DNA from: an uncultured SAR116 cluster alpha proteobacterium
GTDB taxonomy: Bacteria; Pseudomonadota; Alphaproteobacteria; Puniceispirillales; Marisalimonadaceae
Length of the DNA: 64,000 bases
Reading direction: 5' to 3'
Assembly: GCA_902593735.1 (NCBI GenBank)
Contig: CACJJL010000009.1
Location: 6,242 to 70,241, forward strand
In this document: positions 27,426-36,905 of the stretch, in pieces
Layout: each line of letters begins with the position of its first letter
How positions within the stretch are numbered: position 1 is the first letter of the stretch
Made by a program: the position numbers and the translations under genes
Notes under the pieces: generated by a model
What the model saw: only the letters and a program-made list of their open reading frames with translations
Database searches by the model: none
Told to the model about the DNA's origin: nothing

Positions 27426-27662
27426 ATGGAAAATACATTTTTAGCAAAACTAAATAATTATATTACATCCGCATTTGAAAAGATTTCTGTAATTAGAACA
27501 AAACAAGCTTTAATTAATTTAGACGACCGTACACTAGCTGATATCGGACATACAAGACAGCAAGTATTATACGGAGACTTCTTTAAAATAACAGACGTAG
27601 TTGATTTCCCAGCTGGGAAGTTACGTGTAGAAAAGACAACTGAAGAAAAGAAAGCTGCATAA
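27426..27662 (+). CDS. DUF1127 (YjiS-like) small protein
   Basis: Signature RTKQALINLDDRTLADIGHTRQQV. Confidence 0.85.
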   Translation: MENTFLAKLNNYITSAFEKISVIRTKQALINLDDRTLADIGHTRQQVLYGDFFKITDVVDFPAGKLRVEKTTEEKKAA

Positions 27663-27673
27663 AGAATTTAAGG

Positions 27674-27808
27674 ATTAGTATCCTATACTCCTCCCCTGGA
27701 TATTAATGAAAGATGGTGACATAACATAGAACTCATATTCCTCCCCCAAGGTAGTTATTATATCATCGCAATAAGCAAGGACGAAGGATCCCATCCTTCG
27801 TCCTTTTT
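27674..27808 (+). ncRNA. Putative cuckoo/CcsR(alpha-r14)-like sRNA with two CCUCCC-loop hairpins
   Basis: Hairpin 1: ATTAGTATCC-[TATACTCCTCCCCT]-GGATATTAAT. Hairpin 2: imperfect stem 27712-27767 with TTCCTCCCCC in the loop. Followed by a terminator and directly 3' of a DUF1127 gene. Confidence 0.7.
27777..27808 (+). terminator. Rho-independent terminator
   Basis: AAGGACGAAGGAT-CCC-ATCCTTCGTCCTT followed by a T-run. Confidence 0.85.
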
Positions 27809-27865
27809 AGTTTGTATGGGTAAATTAAAAATATTATAGTAAGTCAATTACTTAGGAGATTTAAG

Positions 27866-28393
27866 ATGGACGATTTTACTAAAAATATTTTTCCTCCGCC
27901 TTATAGCGGGCCAAAACCAAGAAATATTATCCCAGATATTTTTATTGAAGATAGTTTTTCTAAAGATGACGATAGACTTTGGGTTCCCTTATCTCCTGGT
28001 CGTTGGTCAAGGCCATTATGCTATAATATTAGTCAAGGTTATTGGGTTCATCTAACAAAAGTTATCGGTGGTGGCTTTTTGTCAAGACACAGACATCCTG
28101 CTCCAGTTCATGGTTTCGTAATTAAAGGTTCATGGAGATACCTTGAGCATGATTGGGTTGCCAAAGAAGGGTCTTATTTGTTTGAGCCTCCAGGTGAAAT
28201 CCACACACTAGTTGTTGATGAGGATTGTGAAGAAATGATTACATTATTTCACAATTCTGGAGCCTTAATTTATTGCGATGAAGATGGAAACACGATTGGC
28301 GCAACTGATGTCTTTGATAGAATTGAAGCAGCTAAAAAACATTTTATTAATGTGGGTTTAGGCGAAGAATATGTAAACCAATTCATTAGGTAG
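27866..28393 (+). CDS. Cupin, 2,4'-dihydroxyacetophenone dioxygenase (DAD) family
   Basis: RLWVP, RHRHPAPVHGFVIKGSWRYLEHDW, EPPGEIHTL; RBS AGGAG upstream. Confidence 0.85.
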   Translation: MDDFTKNIFPPPYSGPKPRNIIPDIFIEDSFSKDDDRLWVPLSPGRWSRPLCYNISQGYWVHLTKVIGGGFLSRHRHPAPVHGFVIKGSWRYLEHDWVAKEGSYLFEPPGEIHTLVVDEDCEEMITLFHNSGALIYCDEDGNTIGATDVFDRIEAAKKHFINVGLGEEYVNQFIR

Positions 28394-30032
28394 TTTTTAA
28401 AGAACTGGTCCTTTTATATAAGAAATATGCTCCAGTTAAAACTAATATTACAGCTACTATCATTCTCACAGGATTACCCATTAAAAATAATGGTAGTGAC
28501 AATACAATCATAGAAATTGGAACATAAAGTTTTGCGAACAATGTTTCTTTCTTAGCTTCTTGATAAAAAGGGAATATTACAGAGATTACTGCCATCAACA
28601 AGAAAAACAATGACCATGGCCTTGAAATAAATAACAATATATCATCGCTTATTCCAGTAGCTCTAGCTAAGTTAAGTTCTGCCAATTTACCTAAGACAAC
28701 ACCAAGGATCATAGGAGCAAGAGGGAACCCTAATTTTTTCATAAAATATCCAATTACTCCAAAAAAGAACATAACCCATATATCAAAAACTATATTGTGT
28801 AATGCGAAAACTCCAATAGCACAATATGCTAGAATAACTGAAGCTAATACATACATTGGAATTTTCGTAACAAGTAGAAAAATTCTTAATGAGAATGCTT
28901 GTAATCCAACCATAAAAAAATGAGCAACGAAAAACGCTATAAAAACACCGTACGCTAATAATGGTTCGTCTTGAATAAATGTTGGCCCTGGAATTATATT
29001 ATGGATCATTAATGCTCCTAGCATTACTGCTGTTACAATATCTCCAGGAATACCGAGCGCCATCATCATAATTAATGCTCCACCAGCAGTTGCATTATTA
29101 GCAGCTTCTGGTGCAATGATACCATCATACGCACCTTTTCCAAAATTTGATCTATTAGCTGAAGCTTTTTTTGCTTGATCATATGCTAAAATATTTGAAA
29201 TTGAACCGCCAGCTGCAGGTAAAATTCCAGTAAAAATACCTATGAAACTTGATCTAAATAAATTAACCCATCTTTTTAGAATTATTAATATTGCTTGCCT
29301 ATGTTCAACTTTCACAACAGTTCCAGATTGGGACATAAGTGGGCTTTTTGCCCTTTTGTCGTCTTCTACATCTGTTAACAATTGTGAAAAAGCAAATAAT
29401 CCAATTAGAACTGGTAAAAATGCAAATCCTTGTTTGAAATCATCAAAACCGAAGGTAAATCTTGCAACTCCATTAATCTCGTCTTCACCTACTGTTGCGG
29501 CAAATAATCCAAGTAGTCCAGCAATCAAACCTTTAGTAATATTACCGCCTGATAAACTTACTGTAATTGTTAATGCAAAAATAATTAATGAAAAATAATC
29601 CCAAGGACCAAACTCTAAACCTAAGAAAGCTAATTGTGGTGCTAAAGCAACTAATATTACGGCACTAATCATTCCACCAAAGAAAGAAGACCATAATCCT
29701 AACCCTAGCGCGAGGCCTGGCCTACCTGATCTTACTAACGGAAAACCATCAAAGGTTGTAGCAACTGAAGAAGGAGTTCCTGGTATTCCTGTTAACATGC
29801 ATGACATTAATCCTCCTGAGAAGCCCCCAACAAAAACTCCAAGCATGGTTGCTAATCCTTGAACTGCAGTCATGCCAAAAGTAAATGGTAGCGTTAAAAT
29901 TACACCCATTGCTATAGTAAAACCTGGAATAGCACCTGCTAAAATACCAGCGAGTGTGCCTACAAACATTAATCCAAGTGTAACTGGATCTAAAACTATG
30001 CTTGCGAAGGCCTGTAAAATAACATCTATCAT
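28386..30032 (-). CDS. tctA: Tripartite tricarboxylate transporter large permease TctA (second copy)
   Basis: GAIPGFT, IPGTPSSVATTFDGFPL, PEAANNA, GIPG. Confidence 0.93.
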   Translation of the reverse strand: MIDVILQAFASIVLDPVTLGLMFVGTLAGILAGAIPGFTIAMGVILTLPFTFGMTAVQGLATMLGVFVGGFSGGLMSCMLTGIPGTPSSVATTFDGFPLVRSGRPGLALGLGLWSSFFGGMISAVILVALAPQLAFLGLEFGPWDYFSLIIFALTITVSLSGGNITKGLIAGLLGLFAATVGEDEINGVARFTFGFDDFKQGFAFLPVLIGLFAFSQLLTDVEDDKRAKSPLMSQSGTVVKVEHRQAILIILKRWVNLFRSSFIGIFTGILPAAGGSISNILAYDQAKKASANRSNFGKGAYDGIIAPEAANNATAGGALIMMMALGIPGDIVTAVMLGALMIHNIIPGPTFIQDEPLLAYGVFIAFFVAHFFMVGLQAFSLRIFLLVTKIPMYVLASVILAYCAIGVFALHNIVFDIWVMFFFGVIGYFMKKLGFPLAPMILGVVLGKLAELNLARATGISDDILLFISRPWSLFFLLMAVISVIFPFYQEAKKETLFAKLYVPISMIVLSLPLFLMGNPVRMIVAVILVLTGAYFLYKRTSSLKTT

Positions 30033-30036
30033 AAAT

Positions 30037-30525
30037 TTACCAAATTTTTAGAATTTCGCCCTCTGGTAAAATAACTTTTAAACCAAAGGTAAATATTGAC
30101 CACATAATTCCTATAGTAATAATTGAAATAATTGAATGATTTATAATTTTTTTTATCTCAAATCCACCTAATAAAGTTAGTAAACCAAATACAAACAAAA
30201 CGCCTCCAATTAACATTCCCAAATAATCTAGAAATGCTAAAAAAAGAATAAACATTAAAAAACATATTGAGGCATTCTTAAATTTTAAAAAAATGTTTTG
30301 TGAATTTGCATTTTCAGAATTTAAGTTATTGTCAGTTGTCGAAACCATAGATTTGATTAACATAACCAATGACATAACCGATAAGAGACATAAAACTATA
30401 GTTGGCCAAAAACTAGCTTTCATTCCTTGATAACCAGGGTCTTCAATGTCAAAACTACTATTGATCATTATTCCACAGAATAATAATAGAAATATGGCTA
30501 CGATTGTGTCTTTGTTAATACTCAT
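30037..30525 (-). CDS. tctB: Tripartite tricarboxylate transporter small permease TctB (second copy)
   Basis: TM segments, SFWP, LPEG; located between tctC and tctA. Confidence 0.87.
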   Translation of the reverse strand: MSINKDTIVAIFLLLFCGIMINSSFDIEDPGYQGMKASFWPTIVLCLLSVMSLVMLIKSMVSTTDNNLNSENANSQNIFLKFKNASICFLMFILFLAFLDYLGMLIGGVLFVFGLLTLLGGFEIKKIINHSIISIITIGIMWSIFTFGLKVILPEGEILKIW

Positions 30526-30537
30526 AATGATTTATTT

Positions 30538-30568
30538 AAAGAAGAGATAAACTAGTTATCTCTTCTTT
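30538..30568 (-). terminator. 13-bp stem-loop directly after second tctC
   Basis: AAAGAAGAGATAA-ACTAG-TTATCTCTTCTTT perfect inverted repeat. Confidence 0.65.
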
Positions 30569-30575
30569 TTCAAAT

Positions 30576-31553
30576 TTAGTCTTTTCTTTTATATACACCA
30601 ACTTGTTTTGCTATTGGCTTCCAATAATCATAAGTTGCTTGAAAATGTTTCTTATAATCTTCAGGTCCTTTATAATTAATTAAAATACCTTTTTTGTGCA
30701 TAGCAGCTTTAAATTCTTTGTCCATGGCTGCGCCTTCAAACATTTTAGCATAGTGATTTACAATCTCTGGAGATGTTCCTTTTGGAGCAACAACTCCTCT
30801 TTCAACAGCAAATATAACATTAGCACCCTGCTCTTGTGCTGTTTTAATATCAGGAATCTGATCAAGTCTTGCATCATTAGTAACGCCAAGCGCTTTTAAT
30901 TTGCCAGCTTTGATAAATTTAATAGCTGCAGCTAAGTTGATCTCTCCCAACTTTATGTTATCTGCTAACAAAGCAGTCATTCTTTGTTTTGTACCATCAT
31001 ATGATACATGTTTAAATTTTACACCAGTTGCATCCTCTAATAATAGAAAAACAAACTGACTTGTTGAACCAAAAGTTCCACCTGCTGTGATAGTTTCTGG
31101 TGCCTTTTTCGCAGCCACAACTAATTCTGATATGTTATTATATGGTGTGTTTACATTTGCGCCTATGATAGAAGGTGTTGATGTAACCATAGAAATAGTT
31201 TCAAATGCATCCCAAGTAATATCTATCCTACCAGTAAAATAACTAGTTATAGCACTTTGGTGAATTGCAAACAAAGTACAACCATCAGGTTTAGCTTTAG
31301 AAGCTTGTTTTGCACCTTTGTTTCCACCTTGGCCACCAACGTTCACGACTTGTAGCTGTGGCTTTGCTCCACTTTTATTTACTTTTTCGACCATCTGTCT
31401 AAATATGACATCTGTTCCACCGCCTGCTCCCCAAGGAACAATTAGTTTTGCAGTGCCACAAGGAAAACTTGGAGCTGCTGAAGCTCCAGTAAATGATAAA
31501 GCTAATAAAGCTGCCCAAGCCAAACTCGCTTTAAATAAATTTTTAATAGGCAT
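30576..31553 (-). CDS. tctC: Tripartite tricarboxylate transporter substrate-binding protein TctC (second copy)
   Basis: Signal peptide, LIVPWGAGGGTD, VNVGGQGG, KPDGCTL, VSYDG. ATG 31553 has a GGAG RBS. Confidence 0.92.
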   Translation of the reverse strand: MPIKNLFKASLAWAALLALSFTGASAAPSFPCGTAKLIVPWGAGGGTDVIFRQMVEKVNKSGAKPQLQVVNVGGQGGNKGAKQASKAKPDGCTLFAIHQSAITSYFTGRIDITWDAFETISMVTSTPSIIGANVNTPYNNISELVVAAKKAPETITAGGTFGSTSQFVFLLLEDATGVKFKHVSYDGTKQRMTALLADNIKLGEINLAAAIKFIKAGKLKALGVTNDARLDQIPDIKTAQEQGANVIFAVERGVVAPKGTSPEIVNHYAKMFEGAAMDKEFKAAMHKKGILINYKGPEDYKKHFQATYDYWKPIAKQVGVYKRKD

Positions 31554-31660
31554 TGTTATCTCCACAAATTTGTTTATTTTATTTTTGATAATTATCAGTT
31601 TTTATATTCTCTTAGTTCTTTGATAAGAGTCAATTAATAAAATTTTATATTGGGAATAAA

Positions 31661-33469
31661 ATGAGTAAATTTACTACAAGACCTGAAATTGTTGGCAACT
31701 TTGGAGTTGTAACTTCTACACATTGGATTGCATCTGCAGTTGGTATGTCAATTTTAGAGAAAAATGGAAACGCATTTGATGCTGCTGTTGCCACAGGATT
31801 TGCACTTCAGGTAGTTGAGCCTCATCTAAATGGACCAGGTGGAGAGGTGCCTTTAATCTTATGCCCTAATGGAGAAAACCCTGTTGTAATATGTGGCCAA
31901 GGTGTTGCTCCAAATTCGGCATCTTTGAAAACTTTTAGAGATATGAATTTAAATATAGTTCCAGGAAGTGGTCTGTTACCTGCTGTTGTTCCAGGCACAT
32001 TTGATGCGTGGATGCTTCTTTTACTAAACTATGGAACTATGTCATTAAGAACTGTTTTAGAACCAGCGATAGGCATTGCAACAAAAGGTTATCCTTTAGT
32101 TCCAAACATAATTAATACAATTAAATCAGTTGAAGAACTATTCAAAACAGAATGGATAAGTTCTGCTGAAATTTATCTTCCTCAAGGAAAAGTCCCTTCC
32201 ATTGGTGAATTTTTTACTAATAAAAAAATGGCTAATACATATTTAAGAATTATCGAGGAGGCAGAAAACAAATCCGATGATCGTAAAGAACAAATCAAAC
32301 AAGCTCGTTTTATATGGAGCCAGGGATTTATTGCACAAGAAATAGAAGATTTTTGTAAAAATAATGAGTTTATGGATACAACTGAAAAAAGACATAAAGG
32401 TCTATTAACTGGAGATGACCTAGCTAATTGGTCTGCAACTATTGAAAAACCTTCATCTTATGATTACAAAAACTATACAGTTTGCAAAACTGGACCTTGG
32501 GGCCAAGGACCAACTTTTTTACAGCAATTAGCATTGCTAAAAGAATTTGATTTAGATTCATTAGATGAAAATTCTCCTGAGTTTGTGCACTTAGTTGTAG
32601 AAGCGACTAAATTAGCTTTTGCTGATAGAGAGGCTTTTTATGGAGATACAAATTTCAACGAAGTGCCTATGGATATTTTATTGAGTGAAGAATACAATGC
32701 TACAAGAAGAAATTTAATATCCAAAGAAGCTTCAATGGAAGTAAGACCAGGAGTTATACCAGGCTTTGGAGGGAAAGTGTTGGTAAGACCCAAAGGTGGT
32801 ACCCCAGAGTCATTTTCAAAATTTGATATTGGAGAACCTACAGTAGCAAGGTTTGACGAACCTAATCCTTCCAATCTTGGAGATACAAAAGGAGATACTA
32901 CTCATTTTGATATAATTGATAAATGGGGAAACATGATTGCTGGCACTCCTAGTGGCGGTTGGTTACAAAGCTCTCCAATAATTCCAAATCTAGGATTTAG
33001 TTTATCAAATAGAGGACAAATGTTTTGGTTAGATGAAAACTCTCCAGCTTGTATTGGCCCAAAAAGAAGGCCAAGAACTACTTTGTCACCAAGTCTTGCC
33101 TTGAAAGATGGACTGCCTTATATGGTTTTTGGCACACCAGGGGGTGATCAACAAGATCAATGGTCGCTTCATTTGTTTTTAAGACATGTACATTTTGGAC
33201 TTAATCTTCAAGAAGCAATTGATGCCCCAGGTTTCAGCACTGCACATTTTCCAAGTTCATTCTATCCAAGAGAAACTGATATTGGTCATCTAGCAATTGA
33301 AAGAAGATTTCCAAAGGAGACTATTGATGAACTTTTTAAAAAAGGACATAAAGTAATAATTGATGATGACTGGAGTCTTGGCAGAATGACAGCAGCTTCA
33401 AAGGATAATGAAATTTTAAAAGCAGCAGCCAATCCAAGATATATGCAAGGTTACGCAATTGGAAGATAA
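31661..33469 (+). CDS. Gamma-glutamyltransferase family (Ntn) hydrolase
   Basis: GNAFDAAVA, VEPHLNGPGG, VPG, nucleophile GDTTHF, KRRPRTTLSP, GTPGGDQQ. Confidence 0.92.
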   Translation: MSKFTTRPEIVGNFGVVTSTHWIASAVGMSILEKNGNAFDAAVATGFALQVVEPHLNGPGGEVPLILCPNGENPVVICGQGVAPNSASLKTFRDMNLNIVPGSGLLPAVVPGTFDAWMLLLLNYGTMSLRTVLEPAIGIATKGYPLVPNIINTIKSVEELFKTEWISSAEIYLPQGKVPSIGEFFTNKKMANTYLRIIEEAENKSDDRKEQIKQARFIWSQGFIAQEIEDFCKNNEFMDTTEKRHKGLLTGDDLANWSATIEKPSSYDYKNYTVCKTGPWGQGPTFLQQLALLKEFDLDSLDENSPEFVHLVVEATKLAFADREAFYGDTNFNEVPMDILLSEEYNATRRNLISKEASMEVRPGVIPGFGGKVLVRPKGGTPESFSKFDIGEPTVARFDEPNPSNLGDTKGDTTHFDIIDKWGNMIAGTPSGGWLQSSPIIPNLGFSLSNRGQMFWLDENSPACIGPKRRPRTTLSPSLALKDGLPYMVFGTPGGDQQDQWSLHLFLRHVHFGLNLQEAIDAPGFSTAHFPSSFYPRETDIGHLAIERRFPKETIDELFKKGHKVIIDDDWSLGRMTAASKDNEILKAAANPRYMQGYAIGR

Positions 33470-33487
33470 ATACATAAAGGTAAAAAG

Positions 33488-34288
33488 ATGAATGTAGGTA
33501 TTGTTGGTTTTGGCTCAATAGGAACGGAAGTGGCTAGAGCACTTGTAAAGGGTGTAGAAAATTTTTCTTTATATGGAATTACGTCTAGAAGCAAATCCAA
33601 CGCAGAAGAAAGGATTTCAAAAATAAAAAAAAACATCAAAATATTTGACTTAAAAACCTTAATTCATAATTGTCAAATTATTATAGATTGTGCTCCAAAA
33701 GAAGCATTCAAGGATATAGCAACTCGATGTATTAATGAGGGTAAAACATTAATAACTGTTAGTGGTTCTGGTATACTTGATAATCTTGATTTAATTGAAA
33801 TATCAAAAAAAAACAACTCTCAAATTATTTTAGCAACAGGTGCCATATTAGGTTTGGATGCATTGAGAGCAGCTGCAGAATCCAAAATTCATTCAGTAAA
33901 AATGACAACTCGAAAACCGCCTAACGCACTCTCAAATGCACCATATGTTATTAAAAACAACATAGAAATAGACCGATTATCAGAAGCTAAATTAATTTTC
34001 AAAGGTTCTGCTTCTGAAGGCGCAAAGGCTTTCCCAGCAAATGTGAATGTGGCTGCTGCAGTTGGTTTGGCAGGTATAGGTGCTAACAAGACTGAACTTC
34101 AAATATGGGCAGATCCTAATTTAGAAAGAAATACACATAAAGTTGAAGTTAAATCTGATAGCGCAGAATTTGAGATGTCCATTCAAAATGTTCAAACACC
34201 TGAAAATCCAGGAACTGGAAAAATTACTGGGTTAAGTGTTATTGCTTGTTTAAGAGGCCTAAAATCTTCTCTTAAAGTTGGATCTTAA
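33488..34288 (+). CDS. nadX: L-aspartate dehydrogenase (NadX/DUF108 family)
   Basis: GFGSIG, GAILGLD, TRKPP, FPANVNVAA, ADP, NTH, ENP. Confidence 0.88.
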   Translation: MNVGIVGFGSIGTEVARALVKGVENFSLYGITSRSKSNAEERISKIKKNIKIFDLKTLIHNCQIIIDCAPKEAFKDIATRCINEGKTLITVSGSGILDNLDLIEISKKNNSQIILATGAILGLDALRAAAESKIHSVKMTTRKPPNALSNAPYVIKNNIEIDRLSEAKLIFKGSASEGAKAFPANVNVAAAVGLAGIGANKTELQIWADPNLERNTHKVEVKSDSAEFEMSIQNVQTPENPGTGKITGLSVIACLRGLKSSLKVGS

Positions 34289-34290
34289 AA

Positions 34291-35205
34291 TTAATTTAGA
34301 TTTTCTCTATAAATTTTCATTCTTAAATAACACGCTTTAAGAATTGGGCAATCAAAGTTAAATTTTTCTGCTTCTGAAATTAAATCTCCAAATATTTCTT
34401 CATGTTCTGTAAAGCCTTTTTTTTCAACATCTCTAAGCATTGATGCTTTGATAAGAGATCCAGGTGTCATTATGTTTTTTAAAATATTTTCTGTTTCAAA
34501 ATCACTGATAGTAAAACCTTTAAATTTTGCTATTGATTTACATTCATCATATAAATTAGCTAAAGTTTTTTTACCTACTGCATGATTACTTATTTCTCCA
34601 AGTGGACAATTAAACAATGTTGTAGCTCCAGCAACAGTTGCAATAAAAACCCATTTTTTCCATAAATCTAGAGTAATATCTTTTGATAAAGTAACATCAA
34701 ATTTAGCTTTTTTGCAGATATTATAAAATGATAAAAGGTCATAATTTTGATTTTTTTTTCTATCTCCAAAGGTGATTCTTTTAAATTCACTAAAATGTTC
34801 TATTGCCCCATGACTGTTTATAGTTGAACTAATGTGAGCCACACCACCAATTACATTTTCACTACCAAACTCTCTATCTAATTTATTCATGTGATTAAAA
34901 CCATTCAAAAAAGGGATAATAATACCCTTTCCATTGATGCCCTTCAAATCTTTAATAGCTTGATCTAAATCATAGGTCTTACATGATATTAAAATAATAT
35001 CGTAAATTGGTTTTAATTCATTTGATAAAATTATATTAGGCACTAAATCTAAGTCACCTAGTGGACTAATAATCTTTAAATTATTTTTTAATAATAGCGC
35101 CTTTCTTTTTGGTCTAACTAAAAAAGTTACGTCAGCACCACTATCTTGAAGATATCCTCCAAAAAATCCTCCAATACTTCCAATTCCTAATACAAGTATT
35201 TTCAT
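34291..35205 (-). CDS. panE: Ketopantoate reductase family protein (PanE/ApbA)
   Basis: GIGSIGG, CKTYD, FLNG, LWKKW, ASMLRD..TE. Confidence 0.85.
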   Translation of the reverse strand: MKILVLGIGSIGGFFGGYLQDSGADVTFLVRPKRKALLLKNNLKIISPLGDLDLVPNIILSNELKPIYDIILISCKTYDLDQAIKDLKGINGKGIIIPFLNGFNHMNKLDREFGSENVIGGVAHISSTINSHGAIEHFSEFKRITFGDRKKNQNYDLLSFYNICKKAKFDVTLSKDITLDLWKKWVFIATVAGATTLFNCPLGEISNHAVGKKTLANLYDECKSIAKFKGFTISDFETENILKNIMTPGSLIKASMLRDVEKKGFTEHEEIFGDLISEAEKFNFDCPILKACYLRMKIYRENLN

Positions 35206-35278
35206 ATAAACCCTGACATTTAATTTTATTATTTAAGTTATATGGTTGCTTCAATCTTAAGTTGATATAGATATAAAA

Positions 35279-36256
35279 TCATATAAAATTGGAATTTTGT
35301 AATTCAGATATCTTTATCAACAAATCATCTGGCAGTGGTCCCATCTCAACTGCTTGCAAAGAATTTTTTAAATGATCTATGCAAGCCAAGCCTAATACAA
35401 CACAGTTCAAACTTTTATTGGATAAACCATATCTCAGGGCGAATTGAGCTCTGTTGCCATAGGAGTTACCTACTAATTGGAATATTTTTTTAACACGCCT
35501 TTCTTCTTCTTTCATATTAATAACGTGAGTAACTGGAATTTCCCTACCATGCCTTACATCTGTAGCTAACAATCCAGCTGCAAAAATCCTAATGCCCATC
35601 ATACCCATATTAAACTTTTGACAATCTGCAATTAAACAAGAAAAATCATGGTCACCCCAATTACCTTTTTCTTTAAAATTAGCACTGGGATTTAGAAGAT
35701 TATAATAAATTTGAGCTGTATCAAAATAGCCAGTTTGTATAATTTCTCTTATAGGTTCTATATCACCTAAAGCTGTAAGACCAATATTTTTAACACGCCC
35801 ATCTTCTTTAAGCTTTGTCATTATTTCACAAACATTACTAGTTAATATTTGTGAGGAGGTTAGAGTATCATTACTTTCTTTAATCGTTATTCTATTATGT
35901 AATTGATATAATTCTAATTTATCTACCTTTAATCTATTTAGAGTGTTGTCTAATTTTCTATCTAATTGTGAGACGAAAGTTTCTGAAATTGTAGGTTCTA
36001 ATCTGGCTTTTGAAGATATCTGTAATTTATCTGAAGCAGGAAGAGAACTTATTAAATAACCAATATTTTTTTCAGATTTACCATCGCTATAACTTTCAGC
36101 TGTATCAATCCAATTAATGCCAGCCTTAATTGAAAGTTCAATTGCTTTCTCCATTATATCAAAATTAGGGTCAATAAATAATCCTCCAACCCAACCACCA
36201 CCCAGAATAACTTGGGATATATCTAGTCCTGTTCTACCAAATTTTAATTTTTTCAT
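35279..36256 (-). CDS. Aldo/keto reductase
   Basis: FGRTGL, GINWIDTAESY, SSK, LYQLH, GRVKNIG, YNLL. Confidence 0.9.
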   Translation of the reverse strand: MKKLKFGRTGLDISQVILGGGWVGGLFIDPNFDIMEKAIELSIKAGINWIDTAESYSDGKSEKNIGYLISSLPASDKLQISSKARLEPTISETFVSQLDRKLDNTLNRLKVDKLELYQLHNRITIKESNDTLTSSQILTSNVCEIMTKLKEDGRVKNIGLTALGDIEPIREIIQTGYFDTAQIYYNLLNPSANFKEKGNWGDHDFSCLIADCQKFNMGMMGIRIFAAGLLATDVRHGREIPVTHVINMKEEERRVKKIFQLVGNSYGNRAQFALRYGLSNKSLNCVVLGLACIDHLKNSLQAVEMGPLPDDLLIKISELQNSNFI

Positions 36257-36338
36257 AATATTAATTTTTTTATCTTTTTTTAGTTATATTAGATTAGTAG
36301 GTGAACACTTCTTATTACAACTTATTTAAAATAAAATA

Positions 36339-36893
36339 ATGAATAAAGACAAAATAATTTTTAAAAATCTTATATTGGTGTCATTTTTGAGGTCTTTTTC
36401 AGCGGCACTTGGTGGATCAACTTTTGTTTTCACGAGACTAATTGTTGATGATTTAGATCCATTTTCTCTAAGTTTTTCCGTTATGGATTAACTATACTTA
36501 TTTTGTTTTGCTTTTTATTTCAGGAAATTATCTTAATAAATATAGAAACATACCAGTCATGATCTATGTAATTGGTACTGGCACATTGATTAATTTTGTA
36601 ATAAATTTGTTTTTTGATTCATCTTTTGAAAACATATATCAAATGGGTAAGTCCAAATCTATGCATTATTAATGTTAGTCCTCCCAGGTGGATTTTTAAT
36701 GATGTATTGTTGGGGAAAAGCACTTCAATTAATTTCTCCAACTCAAGTAGCTATTTCTCTTGAATTCAATCCTTTATCTACGATTTTACGTAGCTCTTTT
36801 ATAATAAATGAAGAAATAACTTTAAAATTGATTGTAAGGTTCTTATCAATAATTTTCGCAATTCCACTAGCTAATTGGAGAATAAAAAAATAA
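36339..36893 (+). pseudogene. Degraded EamA/DMT-family transporter
   Basis: ATG 36339 gives ...AALGGSTFVFTRLIVDDLDPFSLS, then a frameshift into FFRYGL (EamA repeat 1). The 3' fragment is CWGKALQLISPTQVAISLEFNPL...NEEIT (EamA repeat 2). About 555 bp versus ~900 bp expected, with stops and frameshifts. Confidence 0.75.
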
Positions 36894-36905
36894 TTATAAA
36901 TAGTT

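Noticed and set aside
36672-36893. 73-aa ORF as an independent small membrane protein
   Set aside because: It is the C-terminal fragment of the EamA pseudogene.
1-36900. Mobile genomic island or prophage
   Set aside because: No integrase, transposase, tRNA, att repeats or phage genes seen, and base composition looks similar to the core part by eye. Described only as accessory.
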